Part shown: positions 38,160-50,663 of the stretch, piece by piece
How positions within the stretch are numbered: the stretch's first letter is position 1
How the letters are laid out: each line of letters begins with the position of its first letter
Source of the DNA: Octopus sinensis
Taxonomy: Eukaryota
Direction of reading: 5' to 3'
DNA: 64,000 nucleotides
NCBI RefSeq assembly: GCF_006345805.1
Contig: NC_043004.1
Location: 28,334,001 to 28,398,000 of the forward strand
The notes under the pieces: model-generated
What the model saw: the letters and a program-made list of their open reading frames with translations, nothing else
Told to the model about the DNA's origin: nothing
Database searches by the model: none
Program-made: the position numbers and the translations under genes

Positions 38160-40897
38160 GAGAGAGAAGAGAGTCAGGTTCTTTTCATTGCTTGTTTTGG
38201 AGACAAAAGAGGAAGAAGTAAACGTCACGTTACCAACATTGGAACTACATTAGAAATAACAGTAATAGTATAAATGTTTCCTCTTCATCCATCATCATAA
38301 CTGTTAAAAAAAAAAAAAAATGATCTTGAAGAAGCTCTCTTGATGGGCACCAGAACCCTCTAGCATACATTGATGTCTCTTTCTAAACCTTTCGACAAGA
38401 TGTGGTTCTCCTGCTTCTCTTCCAAATATTTAATTTTGGAGAGAAATTTTTGATGAAGTGTAACTCCATTGCTTTTCGGAAATTTGGGTCATCTCTTGAA
38501 CATTTGTAAAAGGGGAATATTTTGAATTTTCCTTCACCACATACTTCTAGATGCTTGCTCAGCAGAATCGTGCGTAGTTTCTCTTCTCGGATGTGTCGTC
38601 GGTGGATTCTTGCACGTTGGCAAAGGGAATTGTTTGTTTCGCCAGTATTATACTCCTTGCAGCTGGGATAAGTAATGCTGGGGCAAGATTCTGTGTTTTG
38701 CAGTTCATATCTGCATTTATTTTGAATGATAATACGCTCTTGAATGTAAGAATCACTTTCTTAAATATTTGTAGCTGTTGTTGTTGCATGTTCCACATCT
38801 GATATCTCCACATTCTTTTACGGAGAATTCTGATTCATTCACTGATGTGAATTTTGTCCCTGTGAGGTGTTTTTGAGATTCTTTGGCTGGCGTCTACTAT
38901 TTCGTAAGAGATTTTCATTAATCAAATTTTTCACTTTGGGGCTTTGTGGAAGTATTGGAAAGTTTGACTTTATAATGTGAAAAATGTTGGTTACCCCCAA
39001 GATCATGGGTATTGATAAATGGTATCGTGTGTTCATTAGTTTTTTCCTCTGATGTTCTCAGTTGTGTGATGTTTAGTTTCATTGCCTTTTTAATTCCATC
39101 GTTTATTAAACGGGTGTTTCGGTATTGTTAGGAAGCTTTGAGTTCATCCAATCGGATTTGACTCATTTTAGAGTCAATCACTATAGCACAGATTGTGGTC
39201 TTGGTAATGAATTCCGTTTTGAAGCGTTAGTCTGTCCGCCCTCTCTGTTTTGCCATCCAGTGTTTCATTGCTTCCAGGCCCAAAGTGTGAGGGATATTGG
39301 TATAAAGATTGGTGAAGCTAAAGCTTTAAGTATTGTACCTTCTGTGACAGTGGGTGGAATGTGCTGGAGGAAATCCATGTCGTCCCGTATATAACTGGGT
39401 ATTAATGGGCATAAAGGTTTGAGGAGTATATCCAAAAGATAACTCAATTGTTGTGTTGGGGCTTGAAGTCCAGAAACTATTGGTCTCAATTTGAGGGCAG
39501 TAGGTCTTAGTATTTTTATGGATTGGTTCCACTGTTCATTTATGGCTCTCTGTATTTCGGTGCTTTTGTGGACCTTGAGTAAACTGTAGAAGTTATCTTT
39601 TGCATAAATAATCTTTCTCCTCTGTGACAGAATCTTGGTATTCATTAATTAGTGTTTTGATCTTATTCACTATTGCTTTTTCCAGGTGTCTTGGTTCTGC
39701 CTTATAAGTTTGGTCTGTTAGAATTTCCAATATTTTATCTTATTGTAGTGTTTGTTTCCATAATTACTATCGCCCCTCATTTATAAGCTTCTTTTAGGAT
39801 GACTGAATTGTCATTTTTCAGTATTAGTAAGGCTTCCTTTTCTTCTTCACGAAAGTTCTGTTTGCATTTACGGGTACTTAGGAGAAATTTCGAAATTGTG
39901 TCATATATGCGTCTAAACTTTTGTCATTCCCCTCGCAGCGGGTGAAGTGGGATTTATTTCTGACAATTGATACGTCACTTATATTCTTATTGCCAAAGAA
40001 TTCTATAAATAGGAGGTTACGGTTAAAATTCTCAATATCAGTTATTAGTTCAATGAGATTAGGGGTGGGTGTCGGGGTAAATTTGAAACCTCTCAATAGG
40101 AGATTCATCTCATTCTTGTTAAGGTTTCTATTTGACAAATTTATGATCTTAGGGTCTCTATGTTCTGTGTGCTCATTAAAATTTTCTATTACGTCGGGTC
40201 TGGTGCGCGATTGTGGTATTTTCTCCCTAAAAAGGAATTGTGTTACTGTGTTTTCATTTTCCATTTCCGTGGTTCTGGTTCCTTCGTAGGTGAGAGGATG
40301 GTTCATGTTCTTTGTACATATTTCGTTGTCTATAGGTTCTGTTTTCTTCTTTGTATGTTGGGCCATTTAAGATGTTTGGAATTGTTGGTTGTAAATCGTG
40401 GGTTTCTTGAGATTCCATGATGATTATTTATATTATGGTTTCTTTCTTTCTTTGTATTCATCCAACTTCGGGTATTTGGTATTATGGGGTGATGATTGTC
40501 TTCTATATTCTAGAAATATGCGATAAAGGAAAATTCAAAATATTCCCCTTTTACAAATTTTACAAATTTTCAAAAGTTCCGAAAATCAATGGCGCTACAC
40601 TTCTTCAAAAAATTCTCTCCAAAATTAAATATTTGGAAGAGAAGCAGGAGAACCACATCTTGTCGAAAGGTTTGGAAAGAGACATCAATGTATGCTAGAG
40701 GGTTCTGGTGTCCATCAAGAGAGCTTCTTCAAGATCATTTTATTATTTTTTTTTTTAACTGTTATGATGATGGATGAAGAGAAAACATTTATACTATTAC
40801 TGTTATTTCTGAATGCAGTTCCAATGTTAATAACGTGCCTTTTTTTTCTTTTTCCTATCTTGTCTCTAAAATAAACAATGTAATTGAAAAGCGCCCA

Positions 40898-40900
<3 letters not shown>
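38160..40900 (-). mobile_element. Decayed Penelope-like element (Neptune-type RT + GIY-YIG) between inverted terminal repeats
   Basis: Reads KIINLSNRNLNKNEMNLLLRGFKFTPTP; LKNDNSVILKEAYK*GAIVIM; FYSLLKVHKS...LRPIVSG...LLDILLKPL..IPSYIRDDMDFL; NLYTNIPH; CGDIRCGTC linker; SCKEYNTGETNNSLCQRARIH...ELHFIKNFSPKLN (GIY-YIG). The central RT is largely deleted. 38160-38550 is repeated inverted at 40510-40900. Confidence 0.92.
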
Positions 40901-40991
<91 letters not shown>

Positions 40992-41103
40992 GTCTGTCTG
41001 TCTGTCTATTTATCTTTTTTACCCCCTCTTTGCTAAAAACATCACATAGTTTTTATCGTAATCATTTTGATTTTAGTTCTTATCGTGAAGAGTTCGTTTA
41101 AAC

Positions 41104-41389
41104 CAATGGTTCCCAGACTTTTGGGCTGCTATCCCCTTGAAACCCAGACCACATTCCTAGCGCCCCACCCCAACTAATCGTCACACACATAGAACTCTTT
41201 CTGAAGCAAATTCAAAGCAACAATATTTCACAAAACTTTATCTAATGAACCAATTATTTTGTTGTTTTTTACAGCATCCCACTTTTTACATGAATTGCTA
41301 CTCATTACCACCCCACTTTTCTTCAGCCCCACCCTCGGAACTTTCCACTGCCCCCTGGGAGGTAATAGCACCCATTTTGGGAACCACTG
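41104..41389. mobile_element. hAT (Charlie-like) MITE, 286 bp
   Basis: TIR CA(A/G)TGGTTCCCA; perfect 8-bp TSD GTTTAAAC at 41096-41103 and 41390-41397. Confidence 0.93.
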
Positions 41390-42153
41390 GTTTAAACGAA
41401 TGAAAGCGTTAGTAATAAAGAATTATCCAAAATTCTGGCTGCCTTCTTTTTTCTCGATACACACATGTACACAAACACACGTACACGCACACCCTACACA
41501 CACACACACACCCTACACACACACACACACACCCTACACACACACACATATACATGCACACAGACACAGACACAGGTGCACGATGGGCTTTCACAGATTT
41601 TTCGCGTTCCAAATTCTTCTCGCACAAACTCAGATTGTACTGGAAAGTACCGCTCGCATCCCAATTTACCAGGTTGAGAATTTGAATACGGAACCATTTG
41701 ACTGGAAAACCGTCTGGTTAGCTGATATTTGTGTGTGATGCTGGTTATATTTTCATCGACGCCATCGTTTATAAAATCTCACTTTTGTTGGATCATCTAC
41801 ACGTCTTCATTTTCCTTGACTTCAAGCATCACATTTGTGTCGTCTACATAGCAGCTGAGTATGACCTATTTTCCATATCAACAACGTATTAAAGAACAAG
41901 GAGGCCAAAATGACACCAACCTATTCACTTTTGTCATTGAGTATATCAGAGACCAATATTTTCTTGTTGTTTCAGTTTTCTATGGTACGCTCATTCATAT
42001 ACAAACATACGAAGAAACCATTTAGTGGGGTTGCTTTGCTTTATTTGCTAGAAATAACAGCCAAATCTACCCATATCATTCCATTGCATCTTAGAAATTT
42101 AAATTATACTATGTGCCCCTGTGTTCCTTACACCTAGTAAAAGGCGAGAGGGT

Positions 42154-42221
<68 letters not shown>

Positions 42222-42559
42222 TACCAAGACATATATAATTATATTTTCAATAGTGTGTGACGGTCAGCATAGTATTTATATTTGTTTTACTCTAAGAACT
42301 GAAACCAAAGACACCGAACCGAGAAAAGCATTTAGGTAGTCGCTAAGTCTATTAGATATAACAGTCAAATTTATCCCAATTCACACCCTACCATCTTAGA
42401 GAAGATACGTTAGCTGTTATAGTCCTGCGTTTACAGTAGCATGGAAAGAAAACAAGATGGTCACGGATGGAATGGTTTTGATCATAGGTTTGTTTAATCA
42501 GGATTGACTTGGGGCTAAGCAATGACATTAACCAACCACACACACACACACACCACACA

Positions 42560-42616
<57 letters not shown>

Positions 42617-43059
42617 ATGTCCTTTCTCTCGCACACTCACACGAACACACGCCATCTCTAATATCGGTTCGGAGCAGTAGAAGTATTAAAGCATACAGTG
42701 TAAGATATTGTGTCTGTGTGTCTGGCAATCTGCTGTGTATGCCTGTCGTTCTGTGTATGGGTATGGAAGTGCACTGCCTTTGTATATCAGTCCACTATGT
42801 AGATGTGTGCGTGTGTGTGTGTATGCATTTAACTTTCCTCTGTGTGTCTGTGTTCTTGAGTCTATATATGTGATTCCGCTGTCTATGTCATTCCACTGTA
42901 TAAGATTGTGTGTATTTATCTGAGTGTCGGTGACCCCAGTGTGTGAGTGTGTGTGTGCTTGTGTGTGTATGTGTGTGTGCGTGCGTCCGTGTGTGTGTGT
43001 GTGTGTGCGTTTGTATGAGTGTGTGTGTGTACGTGTGTGTGTTTGCATGAGTGTTTGTG

Positions 43060-43420
43060 TGTGTGATTTTACTTCTGATGTATGCAAGTCGTATGTGTGG
43101 TGTGTGTGTGTGTGTATGTGTGTGTGAATGAGTGTTTGTGTATGTGATTTTACTTCTGATGTATGCAAGTCGTATGTGTGTGCGTGTGCGTGTGTGTGTG
43201 TGTGTGTTTGTGTATGTGATTCCTCTTCTGATGTATGTGAGTCTTGTGTTTATGTGTGATTGTGCGTGTGTTGTGTGTGTGTGTGTGTGTGTGCATGTGT
43301 GTGTTTGTGTGTGTGATTCCTCTTCTGATGTATATGAGTCTTGTGTGTGTGTGTGTGTTTCTATCTGTGTCTGTGTGTCTATGTGTATGTTGCTGTACGT
43401 GATTTTCTCCTCTGCCCGTG
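43060..43420. repeat. Minisatellite embedded in (GT)n, ~5 units of ~75-95 bp
   Basis: Core GTGATTTTACTTCTGATGTATGCAAGTCGTATGTGTG at ~43064 and ~43144, with diverged copies at ~43216, ~43313 and ~43400. Confidence 0.8.
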
Positions 43421-44030
43421 TGCCTTAAAGTGCTCCACCACCACCCCAGCGCTCTTCCAGTAATAGAATGGCGAGATAAATATTTCTGTTCACTCGACAC
43501 CAATCCAATTTTTAAAAGCCAATATATAGATATAGAATCAAATGATTCAAACCTAGAATATAACTGGTACTTAATAATGCCAACGGAGCAACGAATGAGT
43601 CTCTCAACCTGCTTGAAATAGCAAACAATTGGCACTCTAGTTTATACAATGTGCTCCTGAATGCTCTTGTAAAGAAGGGACACGACTGGAATACCTTAGA
43701 TATCGAACTGATTCAACAATAACAAGAGCAACACACCTTTGTAAATTTGTCACCCACTTCTATATACAAGCTATGGGAGGGACGAAACATGAGGTCGATC
43801 CATACACATTTCGACATACAATCAAGAGAGAAGAAAGAGTGGTGAGTCTTAAATAATATGATTGACTAAAAACCAGTATGGTTGTAGTCCAATGACCGAA
43901 AGCAACAAAACAGTGAGGTACTGAAGAGTTGTATTGTCATCTTCATTAAATGGCTTTTGTATGTTTCAACTCACAAACTTCATACTTTAAGTTTGACTTC
44001 CTACCAGGTTTCATTAAACATATATTTTAT

Positions 44031-44321
44031 CATTCATCTTTTACCCGTTTCAGTCATTCGACTGCAGCCATGCCGGAGCATCGCCTTAAATCTTTGTTTC
44101 ATTTTTGCCGAACCGCCACGTTACAGGGACGTAAAAAACACCATTGCCGGTTGTCAAGCGATGGAGGGGACACAGACACAGACTCGCACTTACATAAAAT
44201 ACGATAGACTTCTTTCAATTTTAGTTTCCGTCCGCCAAATTCGCCCACAAATACTTGGCCAAGGTGCTACGCAGTGGTACTGAACCCGCAACCATGTGGT
44301 TGGGAAGCAAACTTCTTGCCT
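44031..44321 (-). mobile_element. Group C SINE, internally deleted
   Basis: Matches group C head (GGCCAAGGTGCTACGCAGTGGTACTGAACC) and 3' half. Confidence 0.8.
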
Positions 44322-45781
44322 AGTCATTTACTGCTACTGATCCAACCATCTGTTATACAATGTCACAGCCTGTATTTGTAATTGAAATATTCCGTCGATG
44401 TCTCTCACTGTGTACCGCGGGTTCTGTCTGCGGAATACGTCAATGGTATAAGTGTGTCTGTTGAATAATCAGTCAATTACCTATAATTCGGTATGGAATT
44501 CAGTTGATCGAAAAGCTGAATTTACTTATCATCAGTGGAATTACTTACTGTAAGGACTAACTAGCTAGAAATAGCAGCCAGTTCTTCCGCAAATCATTTC
44601 CCACCATCTTATAAAAGGAAAAAGCTATTGGATTAATCTTAGGTATATCTTATGTCTGAAAATAAGACAGGATGGTCTCTACTGGAACATCTTTGATCAT
44701 TCAATCAAGGCTGACTTGGAAATAAACAACAGCAAAAACATTAAAGTTGAAGATATTTACTTTCTTCATGACTGAAGGTTGTCCGGGGTCGTTAGAATGT
44801 ATAAGATATTTGTGCAGGAGCAATCTAAGTAATATGGCCACGTATTAAAAGGATATGGCAACGTAATTTTAGGCAAAAACCTCACAGCGCTACAATATAC
44901 AAAACGCTAGATTAGCAGAATCAGTAAGTGAATCGAACAATTTTTTTTGACAGCCCTTTATACAACAGATCTTGTTGGAGTCAGCTTTGCTTTTCATCCT
45001 TTCGATGTTCGATAGAATAAACAAATGGGTATCGGTCGGTGTGTAAAGCGCTTATGGTATATAAGGCAAGCCCTGAAATTTCCTGTTAAAACAAGTTTTC
45101 AGCTACACCAGCTGTATAAATCAACCTGGCACTATTTCACTGTAGTAGGTAACAACTGTTGGTTTTGGCTCAACGTATGGAATTTTCCACTAGTGGATTC
45201 ATATAGTATTAGCGTGTTTTAACATATGTTAAGCCAAAAGCAACAGATATATAATAAAGGCTACCACCGTTCTAAAGAATAATCTACAGTTATATAACGG
45301 TTATCAACAATCTAAAGGTTCGTCTTGGGATAAGGATATCTCTGCAGTCGCTGATGAGTGACAGGCTGTAAATTTATTATCCCGATAATCCTTTAACAGC
45401 CATTTCAACGGCCAGTTGCTGTAAAATACACACCACTTCATAACACACTTATTAAATTTTAGACAATTCATTTTTATTGTTCGTCAACTGTTGCGAATAT
45501 GATTTAAGTATAACAGCTAAGTTTGTTGTGCTATTATACGAAGGTATGTTAAATGGGTTTGCAATACATTCGTATCGTCAACTTTGCCTCTCATCTTTTT
45601 TAAGGCTGATAAAGTACCTATCAAGTACGAAGGACAATTTAATTGACTTAGTACTTTCCATCAAAATTTTAAGCCCTGTGCCAATGTTAGAAACAATTAT
45701 TTTAACATGATCTTATTATTATTTCAGCTTTCCAAACATATTTATAAATTCCATTAGAAAATATTGAGTGGAAGGTTTCAT

Positions 45782-46170
45782 AGGCGCAGGCGTGGCTGTG
45801 TGGTAAGTATCTTGTTTACCAACCACATGGTTCCGGGTTCAGTCCCACTGCGTGGCACCTTGGGCAAGTGTCTTCTACTATAGCCTCGGGCCGACCAAAG
45901 CCTTGTGAGTGGATTTGGTAGACGGAAACTGAAAGAAGCCCGTCGTATATATGTATGTATATGTATGCGTGTCTATGTTTGTGTGTCTGTGTTTGTCCCC
46001 CTAGCATTGCTTGACGGTTCGGCAAAAGAGACCGATAGAATAAGTACTGGGCTTACAACATAATAAGTCCCGGGGTCGAGTTGCTCGATTAAAGGCGGTG
46101 CTCCAGCATGGCCGCAGTCAAATGACTGAAACAAGTAAAAGAGTAAAAGAGTAAAAGAGAGTAAAAGAGT
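45782..46170 (+). mobile_element. tRNA-derived SINE, group C
   Basis: AGGCGCAGGCGTGGCTGTGTGG...GGTTCAGTCCC...CACCTTGGGCAAGTG; internal microsatellite; (GTAAAAGA)n tail. Confidence 0.92.
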
Positions 46171-46569
46171 ATACCTGATATGTGACTGTTCTACATAGTC
46201 TTTCATTACATTTGCTGGTACTCTAAACTACAGAATGTTAAGGCTCCGATTTTCTACTTAGTGTTTAAAATGACCGCTGGTTTGTGGGGAACATCTTTAA
46301 GATTTCAGCTGGGTCCTATACTCTGAAATATACTGGAGATGTGGATAGAATTATTATAGAAGAGTTACTAAAAGCTATCTGATATTTCGATCCAAGGATG
46401 GGACACCTTGAGTGTTGTTGTCCTTAAAATCCCAAATAAACCAGAATGGTCACGGCTGTTACATCTTTGATCCAAAGTTTGCTTGGTCAATCTTGACCAG
46501 CGTCTACACATCAAGAACAACCACGTGCTTTTTTTGTTTTTAATATTGCTATTAACAAATACAGTTGTG

Positions 46570-47590
46570 TCGTTAAGAAACACAGCTTGCAACCACGTGG
46601 TTTTGGGTTCAGTACCACTACGCGAACAATGTCTTGGGAGGGAATTTGATAGACGGAAACTATATGTGGAAGCGTATCAAGCGTGCGAGTGTGTGTGTGT
46701 GTGTGTGGAATTATATATGTATATATGTGTGTATATGTGTGTGTGTGCAAGTATATATGTATATATGTGTGTATATACGTGTGTATGTGTGTGTGTGCAA
46801 GTATATATGTATATATGTGTGTATATGTGTGTGTGTGCAAGTATATATGTATATATGCGTGTATATACGTGTGTATGTGAGTGTGCAAGTATATATATAT
46901 ATGTGTGTGTATATACGTGTGTGTGTGTGTGCAAGTATATATGTATATATGTGTGTATATACGTGTGTGTGTGTGTGGAAGTATATATGTATATATGTGT
47001 GTATATGTGTGTGTGTTCAAGTATATATGTATATATGTGTGTATATACGTGTGTATGTGTGTGTGCAAGTATATATGTATATATGTGTGTATATACGTAT
47101 TATGTGTGTGTGCAAGTATATATGTATATATGCGTGTATATACGTGTGTATGTGAGTGTGCAAGTATATATATATATGTGTATATACGTGTGTGTGTGCA
47201 AGTATATATGTATATATGTGTGTATATACGTGTGTGTGTGTGTGCAAGTATATATGTATATATGTGTGTATATACGTGTGTATGCGTGTGTGCAAGTATA
47301 TATGTATATATGCGTGTATATACGTGTATATGAGTGTGTGCAAGTATATATGTATATATGTGTGTAAATACGTGCATGTGTGTGTGTGTGTATTTATACT
47401 TGTTCTACAACACCACTTGATAACCATTGTTGGTTTGTTTACATTCCCGAAAATTAGCGGTTCGACAAAAGAGACAATACAATAACTTACCAGGCTAAGG
47501 TTAATTTATTCGACTAAAACCAGCATGGCTGCTGCATGCCAATGGCCGAAGCAGGTAAAAAGATAAATAAAAGATAAAAAAGATAACGTT
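46570..47590 (+). mobile_element. Old group C SINE whose internal microsatellite expanded into a minisatellite
   Basis: Degenerate head at 46570-46680, degenerate 3' half at 47395-47590, and ~14 units of 38-50 bp marked by (GC)AAGTATATATGTATAT at 46700-47390. Confidence 0.75.
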
Positions 47591-47831
47591 TTGTATATTT
47601 CTTTTTTTTTTTTGTGTGTGATTTATTCGCCTGTCTCCTCCTTCTCCTCCTCCTCCTCCCTCATTACAACTGAACGAATTTTAAAACAACAATAAGCGCC
47701 CGCGTTCTATCTACATGTGCCAGCATATATCTTATATATTATTGTTCAACGTATATGAAGCTTTATCTGGTTCTTTTAAAACTGTCTAGGAATTAATGTG
47801 CCTCTAAAAATATCTGCATAACTGTAAATGT

Positions 47832-47884
<53 letters not shown>

Positions 47885-48038
47885 ACACATACACACACCA
47901 CACACACACACACACACACAAGTATCAGGCTTAAAAAGTAAAATACTGGGTCAATTCGTTAGACTAAAATTCTTCTTGGTGATGCTCCAGCATGGCCGCA
48001 GTTTAATAACTGAAACAAGTAAAAGATATAGCTAAAAG

Positions 48039-48079
<41 letters not shown>

Positions 48080-48133
48080 GTATGCATGTATGTATATATA
48101 TATATAGATATATATATATATATGTGTTGTGTG

Positions 48134-48194
<61 letters not shown>

Positions 48195-48817
48195 ATATTT
48201 ACATGTATGTATGTATGTGCATAAAATAAATGTGGATTTATGAGTTTATGTTTGTTCATGTCTGAACGCTAGCGGCATCATGACCTTGCGTGGGTGTTAT
48301 ATCAGCTGTAGCAGCTACCGACTGACCATGTGTGTTAATTGTGTCAGCCTTGACCGAAACCGTCCGCAGTTCATGTATCACCACCCGCCCCACAACTGTC
48401 ACTGACATTATCATTATACACTAGCAACCAATAACCAGTACTGGAAATAGCAGCCAAACTTTCCTTTAATCACACCTGCCTTCTCTAAAGAGAGAGAGGG
48501 GGGAGAGCAAGAGGGAGAGAGAGCAAGAGGGAGAGAGAGAGAAATGGCGTGATAGTCATGTTTAGAAGGCTCCAGCTAGCCTGGTTGCGAAGTTAAGAAG
48601 TTTAGTTCACACTCATATGGTTTCGGGTTCAATCCTACCGTAGCCTCGAGTCGATCAGAGCTTTGTGAGTGAAATCTGGTTGACCGAAATCGTGCGGGAG
48701 CCCTTGAGTCCCTTAATAGCATATTTTACCTTGGTGGACGCTTTCGAGTCAGGTTTCGAAGATTTTTGTGGGGTCAGCTTTTCACCAGGAGATCCTGGTG
48801 ACAAAAATAAAGAACAT

Positions 48818-48855
48818 AATTAAAGGTGGGGAAGCGATGTAGCAAGGAGCTTTGT

Positions 48856-48892
<37 letters not shown>

Positions 48893-49525
48893 GTGTTCGT
48901 GTGTATGTATGTATGTGTGTGTGTGTGTGTGTGTGTGCATGTTCGTGCGTTTGCACTTAAATATACACATGATATATATACACATATACACACGCTCACA
49001 CACCTCTACACATATGAATGTGTATTTATACCAAACAGCAACAGAATCGACCACCATGATCACCACCCCCACCATGACCACCACCACCACCAGCAACAAC
49101 AAAAGCACCAACAACGTTGTTTTCAGTCTTCAACCCTAGCACTCTTACCACCGTAACTACCACCTACACCACAACAACCAGTAATCACCACAACCGAACC
49201 CCCCCCCCGACTCGCCACCACCACCACCACCACCACCACCACTTAGTGCCCGTGCTCCAGAATGTTATATTGCAGGTATATCTACCTGTAAGTCACTTGT
49301 TCTTTCGCAATTTTAACAAGTGACAGACACCCTCACCCACTTTCAACTTCCGCTCCTATATTCTTCCTCCTCCTCTTCGATCTGGTTCCCTCTCTCCCTC
49401 CCTCTCTCTACTCCCTCTCGCTACACATTCATAAACGTTTATCCAACAATACATACACACACACCTACACACATCTGGTCTTATATGTGTGTGTAGTTGT
49501 GTGTGTGCGTGTGTGTATGTGTGTT

Positions 49526-49556
<31 letters not shown>

Positions 49557-49988
49557 GTGTATGTGTGTGTGTGTGTGTGTGTGCCAACGCATATACACTC
49601 ACACACAAGCACACACACACACATTTACTACTATAACCCTGCTACATAAACGGAGTTTCACTGATCTGTCTTCTCGGTACACACGCACGCACTAACACAC
49701 AAAAGCATACGCAGACACACACATACATGCTCTCTCTCTCTCTCTCTCTCTACCTATCTCTATCTATCTATCTATCTCTCACACACAGGTGCACACACAC
49801 ACGCACACACACATAACAAGCTGTCTGTTTGTCTGCACTTAGTATTTCTCCTTCGTCCCTGCCTCAGTCACACACACACACCACACACACAGTGACACAA
49901 GATGCACTCTTCCACACTTATCGTAGAGAAACAGTTCTCTTTCATGCTCTCTTCATGTTCATTTCATTTACATTTTCACTACACAACC

Positions 49989-50025
<37 letters not shown>

Positions 50026-50602
50026 TCACATTTCAACTCTCTCTCTCTCTCTCTCTCTCTTTCACTCTCTCTCTCCTTCTCTCTCTCTCTCTCTCCTTCT
50101 CTATAATCTTAGTCGCTTATCACGACTTATCTCTCTGCCTCTTCTTCTTCGTTAGAATTCTTATTTAAATATCTTTAATTCCTTTACTTGAGCTTACACA
50201 CACATACACGCACACACACTACTAGAATATCGTTATTACACAGTAGTAGTAGTATTAGTAGTAGTAGTATTAGTAGTAGTAGTAGTAGTAGTAGTGATAG
50301 TAGTAGTAGTTTCATTACTAGCAGAAGTAACGTTGATTATAGCAGCAGGCAGAGCAGTCGATGTTAAATGCGGTTGCAGTAGTATACTGTTGGAAAGGAA
50401 AATTAAAGGTGGGGAAGCGATGTAGCAAGGAACTTTGTGGTGTGTGTGTGTGTGTGTGTGTGTGTTCGTGTGTTCGTGTGTATGTATGTATGTATGTATG
50501 TGTGAATGTTCGTGCGTTTGCACATAGATATACACACGATGTATGTATACACACATATATACACACGCTCACACACCTCTACACATATTATGAATGTGTA
50601 TT
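48818..50602. repeat. Dispersed direct repeat pair (~200 bp): 48818-49025 and 50401-50602
   Basis: Shared AATTAAAGGTGGGGAAGCGATGTAGCAAGGA(G/A)CTTTGTGG...TGTTCGTGCGTTTGCAC...CACACGCTCACACACCTCTACACATA. Confidence 0.9.
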
Positions 50603-50618
50603 CAAGCAGATAGATAGA

Positions 50619-50663
<45 letters not shown>

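Noticed and set aside
38386-38425. Hammerhead in the PLE terminal repeat (TTGGAAGAGAAGCAGG...CTTGTCGAAAGG; mirrored at 40633-40673)
   Set aside because: Suggestive, but the core is not CUGANGA and stems I/III cannot be formed; at best a decayed remnant.
45351-45380. CTGATGAG as a hammerhead core (also 26139-26146)
   Set aside because: No stem II closing onto a GAAA and no stem I/III partners.
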